Under the pieces are notes generated by a model. The model was not told the origin of the DNA and ran no database searches. It saw only the letters and a program-made list of their open reading frames with translations. The translations under genes and the position numbers were made by a program. Shown here in pieces: positions 1-13,700 of a DNA stretch of 64,000 bases (the stretch's first letter is position 1; the number at the start of each line of letters is the position of its first letter). The DNA is from Centroscyllium fabricii (Eukaryota), in NCBI GenBank assembly GCA_051313645.2, contig JBNRSN020000007.1:105400001-105464000 (forward strand), written 5' to 3'.

Positions 1-518
1 CTCAGCTAGAGTATTGTGGACAATTCTGGGCACCACATTTCAGGAAAGATGTAAAGGCCTTAGAAAAGGTAGAGAGGCGGTTTACCAGGATGTCACCAGG
101 GATGAGGGACTTCAGTTATGAGGAGAGGTTGGAAAAGATAGGACTGTTCTGCTTGGAACAGAGAAGGTTAAGAGGTGACCTAATAGAGGTTTTCACGATG
201 ATGAGAGGTTTTGGTCGAGCAAATAGGGAAAAAATTATTCCCTCTGGTAAGTGTGTCAATAACTAGAGGTCATAGATTCAAAATCATTGGAAAAAGATAT
301 AGAGGGGAGATGAGCAAAAAAAATTTCACTCACTGTCAGGATCTGGAAGGTTCTACCTGAAAAGGTGGTAGAAGCTGATTCCATAAATAATTTTAAAAGG
401 GAGTTGGACGGGTACTCTAGGATGAAGACTAAGCACGACTGTTCTTTCAAAGAGCCAGCACAGGCACAATGGGCCGAATGGCTTCCTTCAGTGCAGTAAG
501 TATCTATGATTCTATGAT
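1..518 (+). mobile_element. CR1-clade LINE, decayed 3' fragment (RT C-terminus and 3' tail)
   Basis: Reads as a frameshifted QLEYC.QFW.PHFRKDVKALEKV.RRFTRM...LFCLEQRRLRGDLIEVF, typical of the CR1 ORF2 C-terminus. Ends in GGGCCGAATGGC..CCTTC followed by a CTATGATTCTATGA tail. Confidence 0.85.
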
Positions 519-721
519 GTAAAATTTGGAGAACCAGCCCTTCCCACTGCCTATGCAGATGTGCCTGCAGCACTGGCAAGCTCGTCCCTGATTTTGCCAG
601 ATTCGGAAGTTCACAGTTCAAATGCACTTGCAAGAAACTCCGGATTAATTGGGCTAATTAAGGAGAGGACGAAAATTGAGAAAGAAGCAGTTGCCAGTAA
701 GGCAACTTGAAAGTTTAATCA

Positions 722-860
722 CCTGAGCTGGCTGGTCATGTTCTCAGGATGCAAGACACTGGAATATTGTACCAAGTTCTGAAATTGCACACAGATGTGT
801 GAAAGGCTGAAAATAACCGAGCAAAGCACTTGTAGAGAAGGACCTCCCAGAACTGGGCTA
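722..860 (+). mobile_element. very old RTE-like LINE remnant
   Basis: Degenerate ..AGHVLRMQDT.. segment resembling the post-RT WxGHVxRM motif of RTE LINEs. Confidence 0.3.
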
Positions 861-1057
861 CTCAAATGTCACATCACAGTCCACAACACTCTTGCAACTG
901 CACTGTGACATGTGTGGTCTGCTTTCGGTGTCCCTGGGCAGGGCTTACTCATTCACGCCATTGCCATCTCATGAGCATTCCCATGTAATCTGTATATATG
1001 GCCCCATCAAGGCCCCACCCGCAATAAACTGTACATGAACTGTACATGAAGAATGAC

Positions 1058-1269
1058 TGTTAAGTCCGCGCTATCCAGTGATAATAACTGCGGACTCGAC
1101 TCCAAGGTACGAAACCAAAGAGATGTTTATTCAGCATTACAGGGTCTGGAACTGCCCATATCGCTCCTCGCTCGAACTTATATACAGCAGTGGTGAACCG
1201 CGGTACTGCAATATCCTGGCACTACATAAAGTAGTGCCCAGTATAAGCCTTAATGGTACATACACCACA
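1058..1269 (-). mobile_element. solo LTR (212 bp) with 5-bp TSD ATGAC
   Basis: TGT...ACA termini. ATGAC at 1053-1057 and 1270-1274. TATATAA (~1178-1184) and AATAAA (1126-1131) occur in promoter-then-poly(A) order on the minus strand. Confidence 0.85.
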
Positions 1270-1349
1270 ATGACCATTTAGATGAGATAACAGAGGGGAA
1301 TCAAAGCCGATGGAACCAAAACCTAGGGAAACATATCCAAGCACAAATC

Positions 1350-1715
1350 AGGAGAGGGAGAAAATTGGGGAAAACAGTTGAATAATTCTGTTCGCTAATT
1401 CTCTCAAGTGGCAGCCGCCTCCCATTCTGCCAGTGCTTTTCACACCTAATCTATAGCTGTCTCCTGCCCACAGCCCCGTCAGCATCTCGTCTCCTTTTGA
1501 ATACCTCTTAATGTCTTTACTCTTTGGTTTTCTCTTCTCTTTTGTTTTCTCTTCCCTTTTGTTCTCTCCCAGCTCCCCCGGCCTTCCTACCTGTTTCATT
1601 TCCTGGCTTTAGTCTTGACAAAGGGTCCTAACCCAAAACGTCGATTCTATATTTCTCTCCACACATGTTGCCTGGCCTGCTGTGTTTTTCCAGCATTTTC
1701 TGTTGTTATTTTGAA
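1350..1715 (+). mobile_element. probable Penelope-like element terminal remnant with a decayed hammerhead-like motif
   Basis: Pyrimidine-rich tract, then TTGACAA-AGGGT..ACCC-AAAA-CGTCG (1614-1643; the CTGANGA..GAAA core after CpG decay), then TGCCTGGCCTGCTG..TCCAGCATTTTCTG. Confidence 0.45.
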
Positions 1716-2658
1716 TAATTCTGTTAGTGTTCATCAAAAATGTTATACTTACTCTTGGAAAAAAAAATGTTTTAAGTTGCAGCTTGTTTACAGTTTAATT
1801 AATTCACCTGAATTAACATGATGAAAACCACTGACAGCGTCAATTTGAAGATTTATTGTATTTTACTAAAATGTCAATCTAATTTTTCTGCGACTGTTTC
1901 TGTCTTCTAAAAAATTCTCAGAACTGAGATTGTTTTACTCTAATTACAAGCTAGTCACTGAAATAAGTTGCCCAAGACAGTGCTATCCATCACTTGATGA
2001 ATAGTTAGTAAATTTTGACAGTCGTGCCATTCTTAATTGAGCACTGTGCTACAAGCATGTTTTAAATTCATGATCTTTTAGACATTTTTGACATCTCATC
2101 AATGTGTAAAGCAGATGAAAGGAATGACAGGAAGCTCCAAAAGACATATGTTTAGAAACTAGAAGCTGCCTTGATTATAAAATGATACAATTTAGCTCGC
2201 TATGTCTACACGATAGTTCGTATTATATGTTCCTGAAACATTCTGCTTTGACAAATGTTGTAAATGATTTTGGAGCAGAGATTTTGAGAGAGCTGAAGTG
2301 TTGACCTGAACTGCTTCCTCTGGAGCAGTGTAGCAGACCTGTAGCATTTGGACGACAAAAATCAAAAATAACAAGTTTAAAAAATATGTTTCTGTAAGTG
2401 GAACTGCTTTTGCTGGGAGGCTATTCTATATATATTCATGAACCTGTGAGAAAAAATTCCTTCTGATAAGTTTTATACTTGTGCCCGGTAGTTTTGCTCT
2501 CATAGTCAAAGCTTGAATCTACAATGAACAATTCCTCTAAGCCATTTAAACTGTCTGCACAGTGCCCGTCTTTCGAGCGTTACTCGGACTACTAAGGCCC
2601 TAATAGGAAGCGTGAGCACATTTCCGGACAGATGTGCACCACCCGTTATATTGAGTAA

Positions 2659-4441
2659 CCTCACTGCTGGGCTCGTCCTCGCTCAACTGACAACTGAAGA
2701 ACAACAAGACCTCGGGAGCAGATGGAATCCCCGCCGAGGCACTAAAGCATGGCGGAGAAGCACTAATTTCTCTTATCTGGAAGGAGGAGAGCATGCCAGG
2801 GGATCTCAGAGATGCCGTAATTGTGACCATCTTCAAGAAAGGTGACAAGTCCGATTGCGGTAATTACAGAGGAGTTTCCCTGCTCTCTGCCACAGGGAAA
2901 GTCATCGCAAGAATCCTCCTCAATCGCCTTCTCCCAGTGGCCGAAGAGCTGGCCGAAGAGCTGCTCCCAGAGTCGCAATGCAGATTCCTCCCACTAAGGG
3001 GCGCAATGGACATGATCTTCACCACACGCCAATTACAAGAGAAATGCAGGGAATAGCACCAACCGCTGTACATGGCCTTCTTTGATCTCACAAAGGCCTT
3101 CGATACTGTCAACCGTGATGGATTATGGAGTGTCCTCCTCAAATTCGACTGCCATCAAAAGTTTGTCAACATCCTTCGCCTGCTTCACGACGACATGCAA
3201 GCCGTGATCCTGACCAACGGTTCCACCACAGACTCAATTCATGTACGAACTGGGGTCAAGCAAGGCTGTGTCATTGCACCAACACTCTTCTCGATATTCC
3301 TTGCTGCAATGCTCCATCTCACCCTCAGTAAGCTCCCCGCTGGAGTGGATCTAATTTACAGAACAAACGGAAAACTGTTCAACCTCCGTCACCTCCCGTC
3401 CAGATCCAAGGTCGTCCCATCCTCTGTCGTCGAATTATGGTATGCAGATGACGCTTGCGTCTGTGCCCACTCGGAGGTCGAACTCCAAACCATCGTCAAC
3501 ACCTTCACCGAAGTGTACGAGAGCATGGGCCTTACACTAAACATCCTTAAGACAAAGGTCCTCTATGAACCTGCCCCCGCCACACAGTACTGCCCCCCGA
3601 TTATCAAAATCCATGGCAAGGCCTTGGACAACGTGAACCACTTCCCATACCTTGGGAGCCTACTGTCAACAAGGACAGACGTCGACGACGAAGTCCAACA
3701 CCGCCTTCAGTGTCCCAGTGCAGCCTTCGGTTGCCTGAGGAAGAGAGTGTTTGAAGGCCAAGACCTCAAACCTGGCACCAAGCTCATGGTCCACAGAGCA
3801 GCAGTGATACTCACCCTGCTGTATGCCTCAGAGACATGGACCATGTACAACAGGCACCTCAAAGCACTGGAGATATACCACCAACGCTGCCTCCACAAGA
3901 TCCTGCAAATCCATTGGCAGGATAGGCGCACCAACATCAGTGTTCTTGCTCAGGCCAACATCCCCAGCATCAAAGCTTTGACCACGCTCGTTCAGCTTTG
4001 ATGGACAGGTCACATAGTCTGCATGCCCGATACGAGACTCCCAAAACAAGCGCTCTACTCGGAACTCCGGCATGGCAAGAGAGCTCCAGGTGAGCAGAGG
4101 AAACGTTTCAAGGACACCCTCAAAGCCTCCTTGAAAAAGTGTAACATTCCCACCGACACCTGGGAATCCCTGGCCCAAGACCGCACAAAGTGGAGGAGAA
4201 GCATCCGGGAAGGCGCCGAACACCTCGAGTCTCTTCACCGGGAGCAAGCGGAAGCCAAGGGCAGGCAGCGCAAGAAGCGCACGTCAACCCAAGCACCCCA
4301 CCCACCCGCCCCTTCAACCACCGTCTGCTACACAAGTAACAGAGACTGTAGGTCCCGCATTGGACTCATCAGTCACTTGAGAACTAATTTTTAATGTGGA
4401 AGCCAGTCATCCTCGATTGTGAGGGACTGCCTAAGAAGAAG
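2659..4441 (+). mobile_element. RTE-clade (BovB-like) LINE, 5'-truncated, ORF broken by stops and frameshifts
   Basis: Motifs IFKKGDKSDCGNYRGVSLL, AFFDLTKAFDTV, GVKQGCVIAPTLF, YADD, FPYLGS, and a C-terminal C..CRSRIGLISHLRT zinc finger. (AAG)n tail at ~4433-4441. Possible TSD ATATTGRGTAA at 2648-2658 and 4442-4452. Confidence 0.93.
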
Positions 4442-4734
4442 ATATTGGGTAAGGACAATCAAGAGACGTCCTTTACCGACACTTGAAACGAGCATTAGGC
4501 CCATCGCAGGAAGCCAGCCCTAGCAATTGCCTGCAACAAAGGCGGCAAATAACTCAGCTGAATGTGGAGCCGGGAGGAACAGGAGTGCTCCTTCCAAGCC
4601 CACATTAAAGGAAACCGATCACTGCTCACTACCCCCTCCCATTGCCACTGCTCCCGACCAGACCCCAATCCCTGGTTTCGATCACCCGTCTGCTCCCGAT
4701 GCCCACAAGGCATGGCACTGACTTCTGTGATTTT

Positions 4735-7700
4735 CGGCACCGATCCGTGACCCAGGCACCGATCCCTGACCCAGGCACCGATCGCCGATCCGGGCACCGA
4801 TCCCCGACCCAGGCACCGATTCCTGACCCAGGCACCCATCCCTGACCCAGGCACCCATCCCTGACCCAGGCACCGAACCCCGACCCAGGCACCGATCCCC
4901 AACCCAGGCACCGATCCCCGACCCAGGCACCGATCCCCGACCCAGGCACCGGTCCCCAACCGGGGCACCGATCTCTAACCCAGGCACTGATCGCCAATCC
5001 GGTCACTGATCCCCGACCCAGGCACTGATCCACGACCTAGGCACTGATCCCCAATCCAGTGACCAATCCCCGATCGAGGCACCGATCCTCAACACAGGCG
5101 CCGATCTACGACACAGGTGCCAATCCCTGACCCAGGCACTGATCGCCAACCCGGGCACCGATCCCTGACCCAGGAACCGATCCCTGACTCAGGCACCGAT
5201 CCCCGACCCAGGCACCGATCCCTGATTCATGCCGATCCCCGACTCATGCCGATCCCCGACCCAAGCACCGATCCCCAACCCAGGCACCGATCCCCGACCC
5301 AGGCACCAATCCCCAACCCAGGCACCGATCCCCGACCCAGGCACCAATCACCAACCCAGGCACCGATCCCCAACCCAGGCACCGATCCTCGACCCAGGCA
5401 CAGACACTCGACCCAAGCACCGATCCCCGACCAAGGCACCAATCCCCGACCCAGGCACTGATCCACAACCTAGGCACTGATCCCCGATCCAGTGACCAAT
5501 CACCGACCGAGGCGCCGATCCTCAACACAGGCGCCGATCCACGACCCAGGCACCGATCCCCGACCCAGGCACCGATTGCCAACCCGGGCACCGATCCCTG
5601 ACCCAGGAACCGATCCCCAACTCAGGCACCAAACCCCGACCCAGGCACCGATCCCCGACCGAGGCACCGATCCCCGACTCATGCCGATCCCCGACCCAGG
5701 CACCGATCCCCAACCCAGGCACCGATCCCCAACCTAGGCACAGACCCTCGACCCAGGCACCGATCCTCGACCCAAGCACCGATCCACAACTAATGCCGAT
5801 CCCTGACCAATGCTCTGATCCCCGAACTAGGCAACGATCCTCGACCCAGGCACCAATCCCCAACCCAGGCACTGATCCCCGACCCAGACACCGATCCACA
5901 ACTAATGCCGATCCCGACCAAGGCTCTGACACCCGACCTAGGCACTGATCCCCGACCCGAACACCAATCCCCAACCCAGGCACCGATCCCTGACCCAGGC
6001 ACTGTTCCCCGACCCAGGAAACGATCCACAAATCATGCTGATCCCCGACCAAGGTACCGATCCCTGACCTACGCACCGATCACGGACCCAGGCACCGATC
6101 CCCGACCCAGGCACCGATCCCCGACCCAGGCACCGATCCATGACTCATGCCGATCACCGACCCAGCCACCGATCCCCGACCCGGGAACCGATCCCCGAAC
6201 TGAGCACCGATCCCCGACCCGGACACCGAACCCCGACACAGGCACCGAACAGCGACCCAGGCACCGAACCCCGACCCGGGCACCGATTCCCGACCCGGGC
6301 ACCGATCCCTGACCCGGGCACCGATACCGGCCCGGGCACCGATCACCGACCCAGGCACCGATCCTCGACCCAGGCACCGATCCCCGACCCAGGCACCAAT
6401 CCTCGACCCAGGCACCGATGCCCGACTGAGGCACCAATCCCCGACCGAGGCACCGATCCCCGACCGAGGTACTGATCCTTCACCGAGGCACCGATCCCCG
6501 ACGCAGGCACCGATCCCCAACCCGGGCACTGATCCCCGACCCTGGCACCGATCCCCGACCAAGGCACCGCTCCCCGACCCGGGCCCCGATCCTCGATGCA
6601 GGCACCGATCCCCGACCCAGGCACCGATCCACAACTCATGCCAATCCCCGATCAAGGCATCGATCCCCGACCTAGACACCGATCCCCGACCCGGGCACCG
6701 ATCCCCGACCCGGACACTGATCTCCGACCCAGGCACCGATCCCCGACCCAGGCACCGATGCTCGACACAGGCACCGATCCCTGACCCAGACACCGATCCC
6801 CGACCCGGGCACCGATCCCCAACCCAGGCACCGATCCATGACCCAGGCACTGAACCTCGACCCAGGCACTGATCACTGACCCGGGCACCAACACACGACC
6901 CGGGCGCCGATCCCCGACCCAGGCACCGATCCCCGACCCAGGCATCGATCCCCGACCCAGGCACCGATCACCGACCCAGGCACCAATCCTCAACCGAGGC
7001 ACCAATCCCTGACCCAGGAACCGATCCCCGACCCAGGCACTGACCCTCGACTCAGGCACCTATCCCCGATCCAGGCACCGATCCCCGACCCAGGCACCAA
7101 TCCTCCACCGAGGGACCGATCCCCGACCCAGGCAACGACCCTCGATCCAGGCACTGATCCCCAACCCAAGCATTGATCCCCGACCCAGGCACAGATCCCC
7201 GACCCAGGCACAGATCACTGATCGATACACCGACCCTTGACCCAGGCACTGATCCACAACCCAGGCACCGATCCCCGACCCGGGCACCAATCCCTCACCC
7301 TGGCACCGATCCCCAACCAAGGCACCGCTCCCTGACCCGGGCATCGATCCCCGATGCAGGCACCGATCCCCGACCCAGGCACCAATCCACAACTCATGCC
7401 AATCCCCGATCAAGGCATCGATCCCCGACCTAGACACCGATCCCCGACCCGGGCACCGATTCCTGACCCGGACACTGATCCCCGACCCAGGCACCGATCC
7501 CCGACCCACGCACCGACCCTCGACCCAGGCACCGATCCTCGACCCAGACACCGATCCCCGACCTGGGCACCGATGCTCCACCGAGGCACCAATCCCCGAG
7601 CCAGGCACCGATCCCTGATCCAGCGACCCAAGCACCGATCCCCAATTGAGGCACCGACACTTGACCCACGCACCGACCCTCGACCCAGGCACCGATCCTC

Positions 7701-10700
7701 GACCCAGGCACCGATTCCCGACCTGGGCACCGATCCTCCACCAAGGCACCACTCCCCGAGCCAGGCACCGATCCCTGACCCAGGCACTGATCCCTGACCG
7801 AGGCACCAATCCGCGACCCAGGCACAGATCCCCGATCGAGGCACCGACACTTGACCCAGGCACCGATCCACGACCCAGGCACCGATCCCTGACCCAGGCA
7901 CCGTTCCCTGACCCAGGCACCGTTCCCCGATCCAGGCACCAATTACCGGCCCAGGCACCAATCTACGACCCAGGCACCGATCCCCAACCCATGGACCAAT
8001 CCCCAACCGAGGCGCCGATCCTCAACCCCGGCGCCGATCCTCAACCCAGGCACCGATCCGCGACCCAGGCACCGATCGCCAACCCGGGCACCGATCCCTG
8101 ACTCAGGAACCAATCCTCGACCCGGGCACCGATGCACGACCCAGGCACCGAACCATGACCCAGGAACCGATCCTGGACGCAGGCACCGATCCGCGACCCA
8201 GGCACCGATCGCCAACCCGGGCACCGATCCCTGACCCAAGAACCGATCCCCGACCTGGGCACCGATCCTCGACTCAGGCACGAATACCTGACACGGGCAC
8301 CAATCGCCGACCTGGGCGCCAAACCCCGACCCAGCAACCGATCCCCGACCAAGGCACCGACCCTTGACCCAGGCACCGATCCCCCACCCAGGCACCGATC
8401 CCCCACCCGGGCACCGATCCGCAACCCGGGCACCGATCCCCGACCCGGGCACCGAACCCCGACCCACCAATGATCCTCGACCCAGGCACCAATCCCCGAC
8501 CCAGGCACAGATCCCGACCCAGGCACCGATCACTGATCCAGGCACCGATCCTAGACCCAGGCACCGATCCCTGACCCAGGCACTGATCCCTGACCCAGGC
8601 ACCGATCCCTGACCCAGGCTCCGATCCCTGACCCAGGCACCAATCCCTGACCCAGGCACCGATCCCGGACCCGGGCACCGATCCACAACCCAGGCACCGA
8701 ACCATGACCCAGGAATCGATCCTGGACCCAGGCACCGATCCACGACTCAGGCACGAATACCTGACACGGGCACCAATCCCCGACCCAGGCACAGATCCCC
8801 CACCCGGGCACCGATCCGCGACACGGGCACCGATCCCCGACCCGGGCACCGAACCCCGATCGAGCAATGATCCTCGACCCAGGCACCAATCCCCAACCCA
8901 GGCACAGATCCCGACCCAGGCACTGATCCCTGACCCAGGCACTGATGCCCGACCCAGGCACCGATCCCCGACCGAGGCACCGAACCGCAACCCAGGCACT
9001 GATCACGGACCCAGGCACTGAACACTGACCCAACAACTGATCCTCGACCCAGCAACTGATCCTCGACCCAGGCACCGATCCCCGACCCAGGCACAGATCC
9101 CCGACCCAGGCACCGATCCCTGACCCAGGCACCAATCTCCGACCCAGGCACCGATCCCCGACCGAGGCACCGATCCGTGACCTAGGCACTGATCACGGAC
9201 CCAGGCACTGAACACCGACCCAGCAACCGATCCCCGACCGAGCCACCGACCCTTGACCCAGGCACCGATCCATGACCCAGCACCGATCCCTGACCAAGGC
9301 ACCGTTCCCCGATCCAGGCACCGATTACCGACCCAGGCACCAATCCATGACCCAGGCACTGATCCCCAACCCAGGGACCAATCCCCGACCGAGTGCCCGA
9401 TCCCCGACCCAGGCATCGATGAATGGCCCAGGCACCGATGAACCACCCAGGCACGGATCACCGACCCTGGCAGTGATCCCCGACCCAGGCACCGATGCCC
9501 GACCCAGGCACCAATCACCGACCCAGGCACCGATCCACGACCCGGCCACCGATCCATGACTCATGCCGATCCCCGACCCAGGTGCCGATCCCCGACCCAG
9601 GCACCGTTCCCCTACCCAGGCACCGATCCCTGACCCAGGCACCGATCCCCAACCCAGGCACCGATCCCCGACCCAGGCACCGATTGCCCACCCGGGCACC
9701 GATCCCTGACCCAGGCACCGATCCCCAACCCGGGACCAATCCCTGACCCCGGCAGCGATCCCCGACCGAGGCACCGCTCCCCGACCCGGGCATCGATCCC
9801 CGATGCAGGCACCGATCCCCAACCCAGGCACCGATCCACAACTCTTGCCAATCCCCGATCAAGGCATCGGTCCCCGACCTAGACACCGATCCCCGACCCG
9901 GGCACCGATTCCTGACCCGGTCACTGATCCCCGACCCAGGCACCGATCCCCGACCCACGCACCAACCCTCGACCCAGGCAGCGATCCTCGACCCAGGCAC
10001 CGAACCCCGACCCAGGCACCGATCCCCCACCCGGGCACCGATCCGCAACCCGGGCACCGATCCCCGACCCGGGCACCGAACCCCGACACAGCAATGAACC
10101 TCGACCCAGGCACCAATCCCCGACCCAGGCACAGATCCCGACCCAGGCACCGATCCCTGTTCCAGGCACCGATCGCCGACCCAGGCACCGATCCCTGACC
10201 CAGGCACTGACCCCTGACCCAGGCACCGATCCCTGACCCAGGCTCCGATCCCTGACCCAGGCACCAATCCCTGACCCAGGCACCGATCTCGGACCCGGGC
10301 ACCGATCCACAACCCAGGCACCGATCCCCAACCCAGGCACCGATCGCCCACCCGGGCACCGATCCCTGACCCAGGCACCGATCCCCGACCCGGGACCAAT
10401 CCCTGACCCCGGCAGCGATCCCCGACCGAGGCACCGCTCCCCGACCCGGGCATCGATCCCCGATGCAGGCACCGATCCCCAACCCAGGCACCGATCCACA
10501 ACTCTTGCCAATCCCCGATCAAGGCATCGGTCCCCGAACAAGGCACCGATCCCTGACCCAGGCACGGACCCCTAACCCAGGCACCGATCCCTGACCCAGG
10601 CTCCGATCCCTGACCCAGGCACCAATCCCTGACCCAGGCACCGATCCCGGACCCGGGCACCGATCCACAACCCAGGCACCGAACCATGACCCAGGAACCG

Positions 10701-13700
10701 ATCCTGGACCCAGGCACCAATCCACGACTCAGGCACCGATTGCCAACCTGGGCACCGATCCCTGACCCAGGAACCAATCCCCGACCTGGGCACCGATCCC
10801 CGACCCAGGCACGAATACTTGACACGGGCACCCAGCCCCGACTTGGGCACTGAACCCCGACCCAGCAACCGATCCCCAACCCAGGCACCGATCCTCGACC
10901 CAGGTACCGATCCACGACCCAGGCACAGATCCCCCACCCGGGCACCGATCCGCGACACGGGCACCGATCCCCGACCCGGGCACCGAACCCCGATCGAGCA
11001 ATGATCCTCGACCCAGGCACCAATCTCCGACCCAGGCACCGTTCCCCGACCCAGGCACCGATCCCCGACCCAGGCACCGATCCCCAACCCAGGCACCGAT
11101 CCCCGACCCAGGCACCGATCGCCCACCCGGGCACCGATCCCTGACCCAGGCACCGATCCCCGACCCGGGACCAATCCCTGACCCCGGCAGCGATCCCCGA
11201 CTGAGGCACCACTCCCCGACCCGGGCATCGATCCCAGATGCAGGCATCGATCCCCAACCCAGGCACCGATCCACAACTCTTGCCAATCCCCGATCAAGGC
11301 ATCGGTCCCCGACCTAGACACCGATCCCCGACCCGGGCACCGATTCCTGACCCGGACACTGATCCCCGACCCAGGCACCGATCCCCGAGCCACGCACCGA
11401 CACTCGACCCAGGCAGCGATCCTCGACCCAGGCACCGAACCCCGACCCAGGCACCGATCCCCCACCCGGGCACCGATCCGCAACCCGGGCACCGATCCCC
11501 GACCCGGGCACCGAACCCCGACCCAGCAATGTACCTCGACCCAGGCACTGATCCCCGACCCAGTCACAGATCCCGACCCAGGCACCGATCCCTGATCCAG
11601 GCACCGATCGCCGACCCAGGCACCGATCCCTGACCCAGGCACTGACCCCTGACCCAGGCACCGATCCCTGACCCGGGCTCCGATCCGCGACACGGGCACC
11701 GATCCCCGACCCGGGCACCGAACCCCGATCGAGCAATGATCCTCGACCCAGGCACCAATCTCCGACCCAGGCACAGATCCCGACCCAGGCACTGATCCCT
11801 GATCCAGGCACCGATCCCCGACCCAAGCACCGATCCCTGACCAAGGCACTGATCCCTGACCCGGGCACCGATCCCCGACCGAGGCACCGATCCGCGACCC
11901 AGGCACTGATCACGGACCCAGGCACCGAACACCGACCCAGCAACTGATCCTCGACCCAGCAACTGATCCTCGACCCAGGCACCGATCCCCGACCCAGGCA
12001 CAGATCCCCGACCCAGGCACCGATCCCTGACCCAGGCACCAATCCCCGACCCAGGCACCGATCCCCGACCGAGGCACCGATCCGCAACCCAGGCACTGAT
12101 CACGGACCCAGGCACCGAACACCAACCCAGCAACCGATCCCTGACCGAGCCAGCGACCCATGACCCAGGCACCGATCCATGACCCAGCACCGATCCCTGA
12201 CCCAGGCACCGTTCCCTGATCCAGGCACCGATTACCGACCCAGGCACCAATCCATGACCCAGGCACTGATCCCCAACCTAGGGAACAATCCCCGACCGAG
12301 TGCCCGATCCCCGACCCAGTCATCGATGAATGGCCCAGGCACCGATGAACAACCCAGGCACGGATCACCGACCCTGGCAGTGATCCCCAACCCAGGCACC
12401 GATGCCCGACCCAGGCACCAATCACCGACCCAGGCACCGATCCATGACTCATGCCGATCCCCGACCCAGGTGCCGATCCCCGACCCAGGCACCGTTCCCC
12501 GACCCAGGCACCGATCCCCGACCCAGGCACCGATCCCCAACCCAGGCACCGATCCCTGACCCAGGCACCGATCCCCGACCCGGGACCAATCCCTGACTCC
12601 GGCACCGATCCCCGACCGAGGCACCGCTCCCCGACCCGGGCATCGATCACCGATGCAGGCACCGATCCCCAACCCAGGCACCGATCCACAACTCTTGCCA
12701 ATCCCCGATCAAGGCATCGGTCCCCGACCTAGACACCGATCCCCGACCCGGGCACTGATTCCTGACCCGGGCACTGATCCCCGACCCAGGCACCGATCCC
12801 CGACCCACGCACCGACCCTCGACCCAGGCACCGATCATCGACCCAGTCACCGATCCCCGACCTGGGCACCGATCCTCCACCAAGGCACCAATCCCCGAGC
12901 CAGGCACCGATCCCTGACCCAGGCACTGATCTCTGACCGAGGCACCGATCCGCGATCCAGGCACAGATCCCCGATCGAGGCACCGACACTTGACCCAGGC
13001 ACCGATCCACGACCCAGGCACCGATCCCTGGCCCAGGCACCGTTCCCCGATCCAGGCACCAATTACCGGCCCAGGCACCAATCCATGACCCAGGCACCGT
13101 TCCCCAACCCATGGACCAATCCCCGACCGAGGCGCCAATCCTCAACCCCGGCGCCGATCCTCAACCCAGGCACCGATCTGTGACCCAGGCACCGATCGCC
13201 AACCCGGGCACCGATCCCTGACTCAGGAACCAATCCTCGACCCGGGCACCGATCCACAACCCAGGCACCGAACCATGACCCAGGAACCGATCCTGGACGC
13301 AGGCACCGATCCGCGACCCAGGCACCGATCCACAACTCATGCCAATCCCTGATCAAGGCATCGATCCCCGACCTAGACACCGATCCCCGACCCGGGCACC
13401 GATTCCTGACCCGGACACTGATCCCCGACCCAGGCACCGATCCCCGACCCACGCACCGACCCTCGACCCAGGCACCGATCCTCGACCCAGACACCGATCC
13501 CCGACCTGGGCACCGATGCTCCACCGAGGCACCAATCCCCGAGCCAGGCACCGATCCCTGATCCAGCGACCCAAGCACCGATCCCCAATCGAGGCACCGA
13601 CACTTGACCCACGCACCGACCCTCGACCCAGGCACCGATCCTCGACCCAGGCACCGATCCCCGACCTGGGCACCGATCCTCCACCAAGGCACCACTCCCC

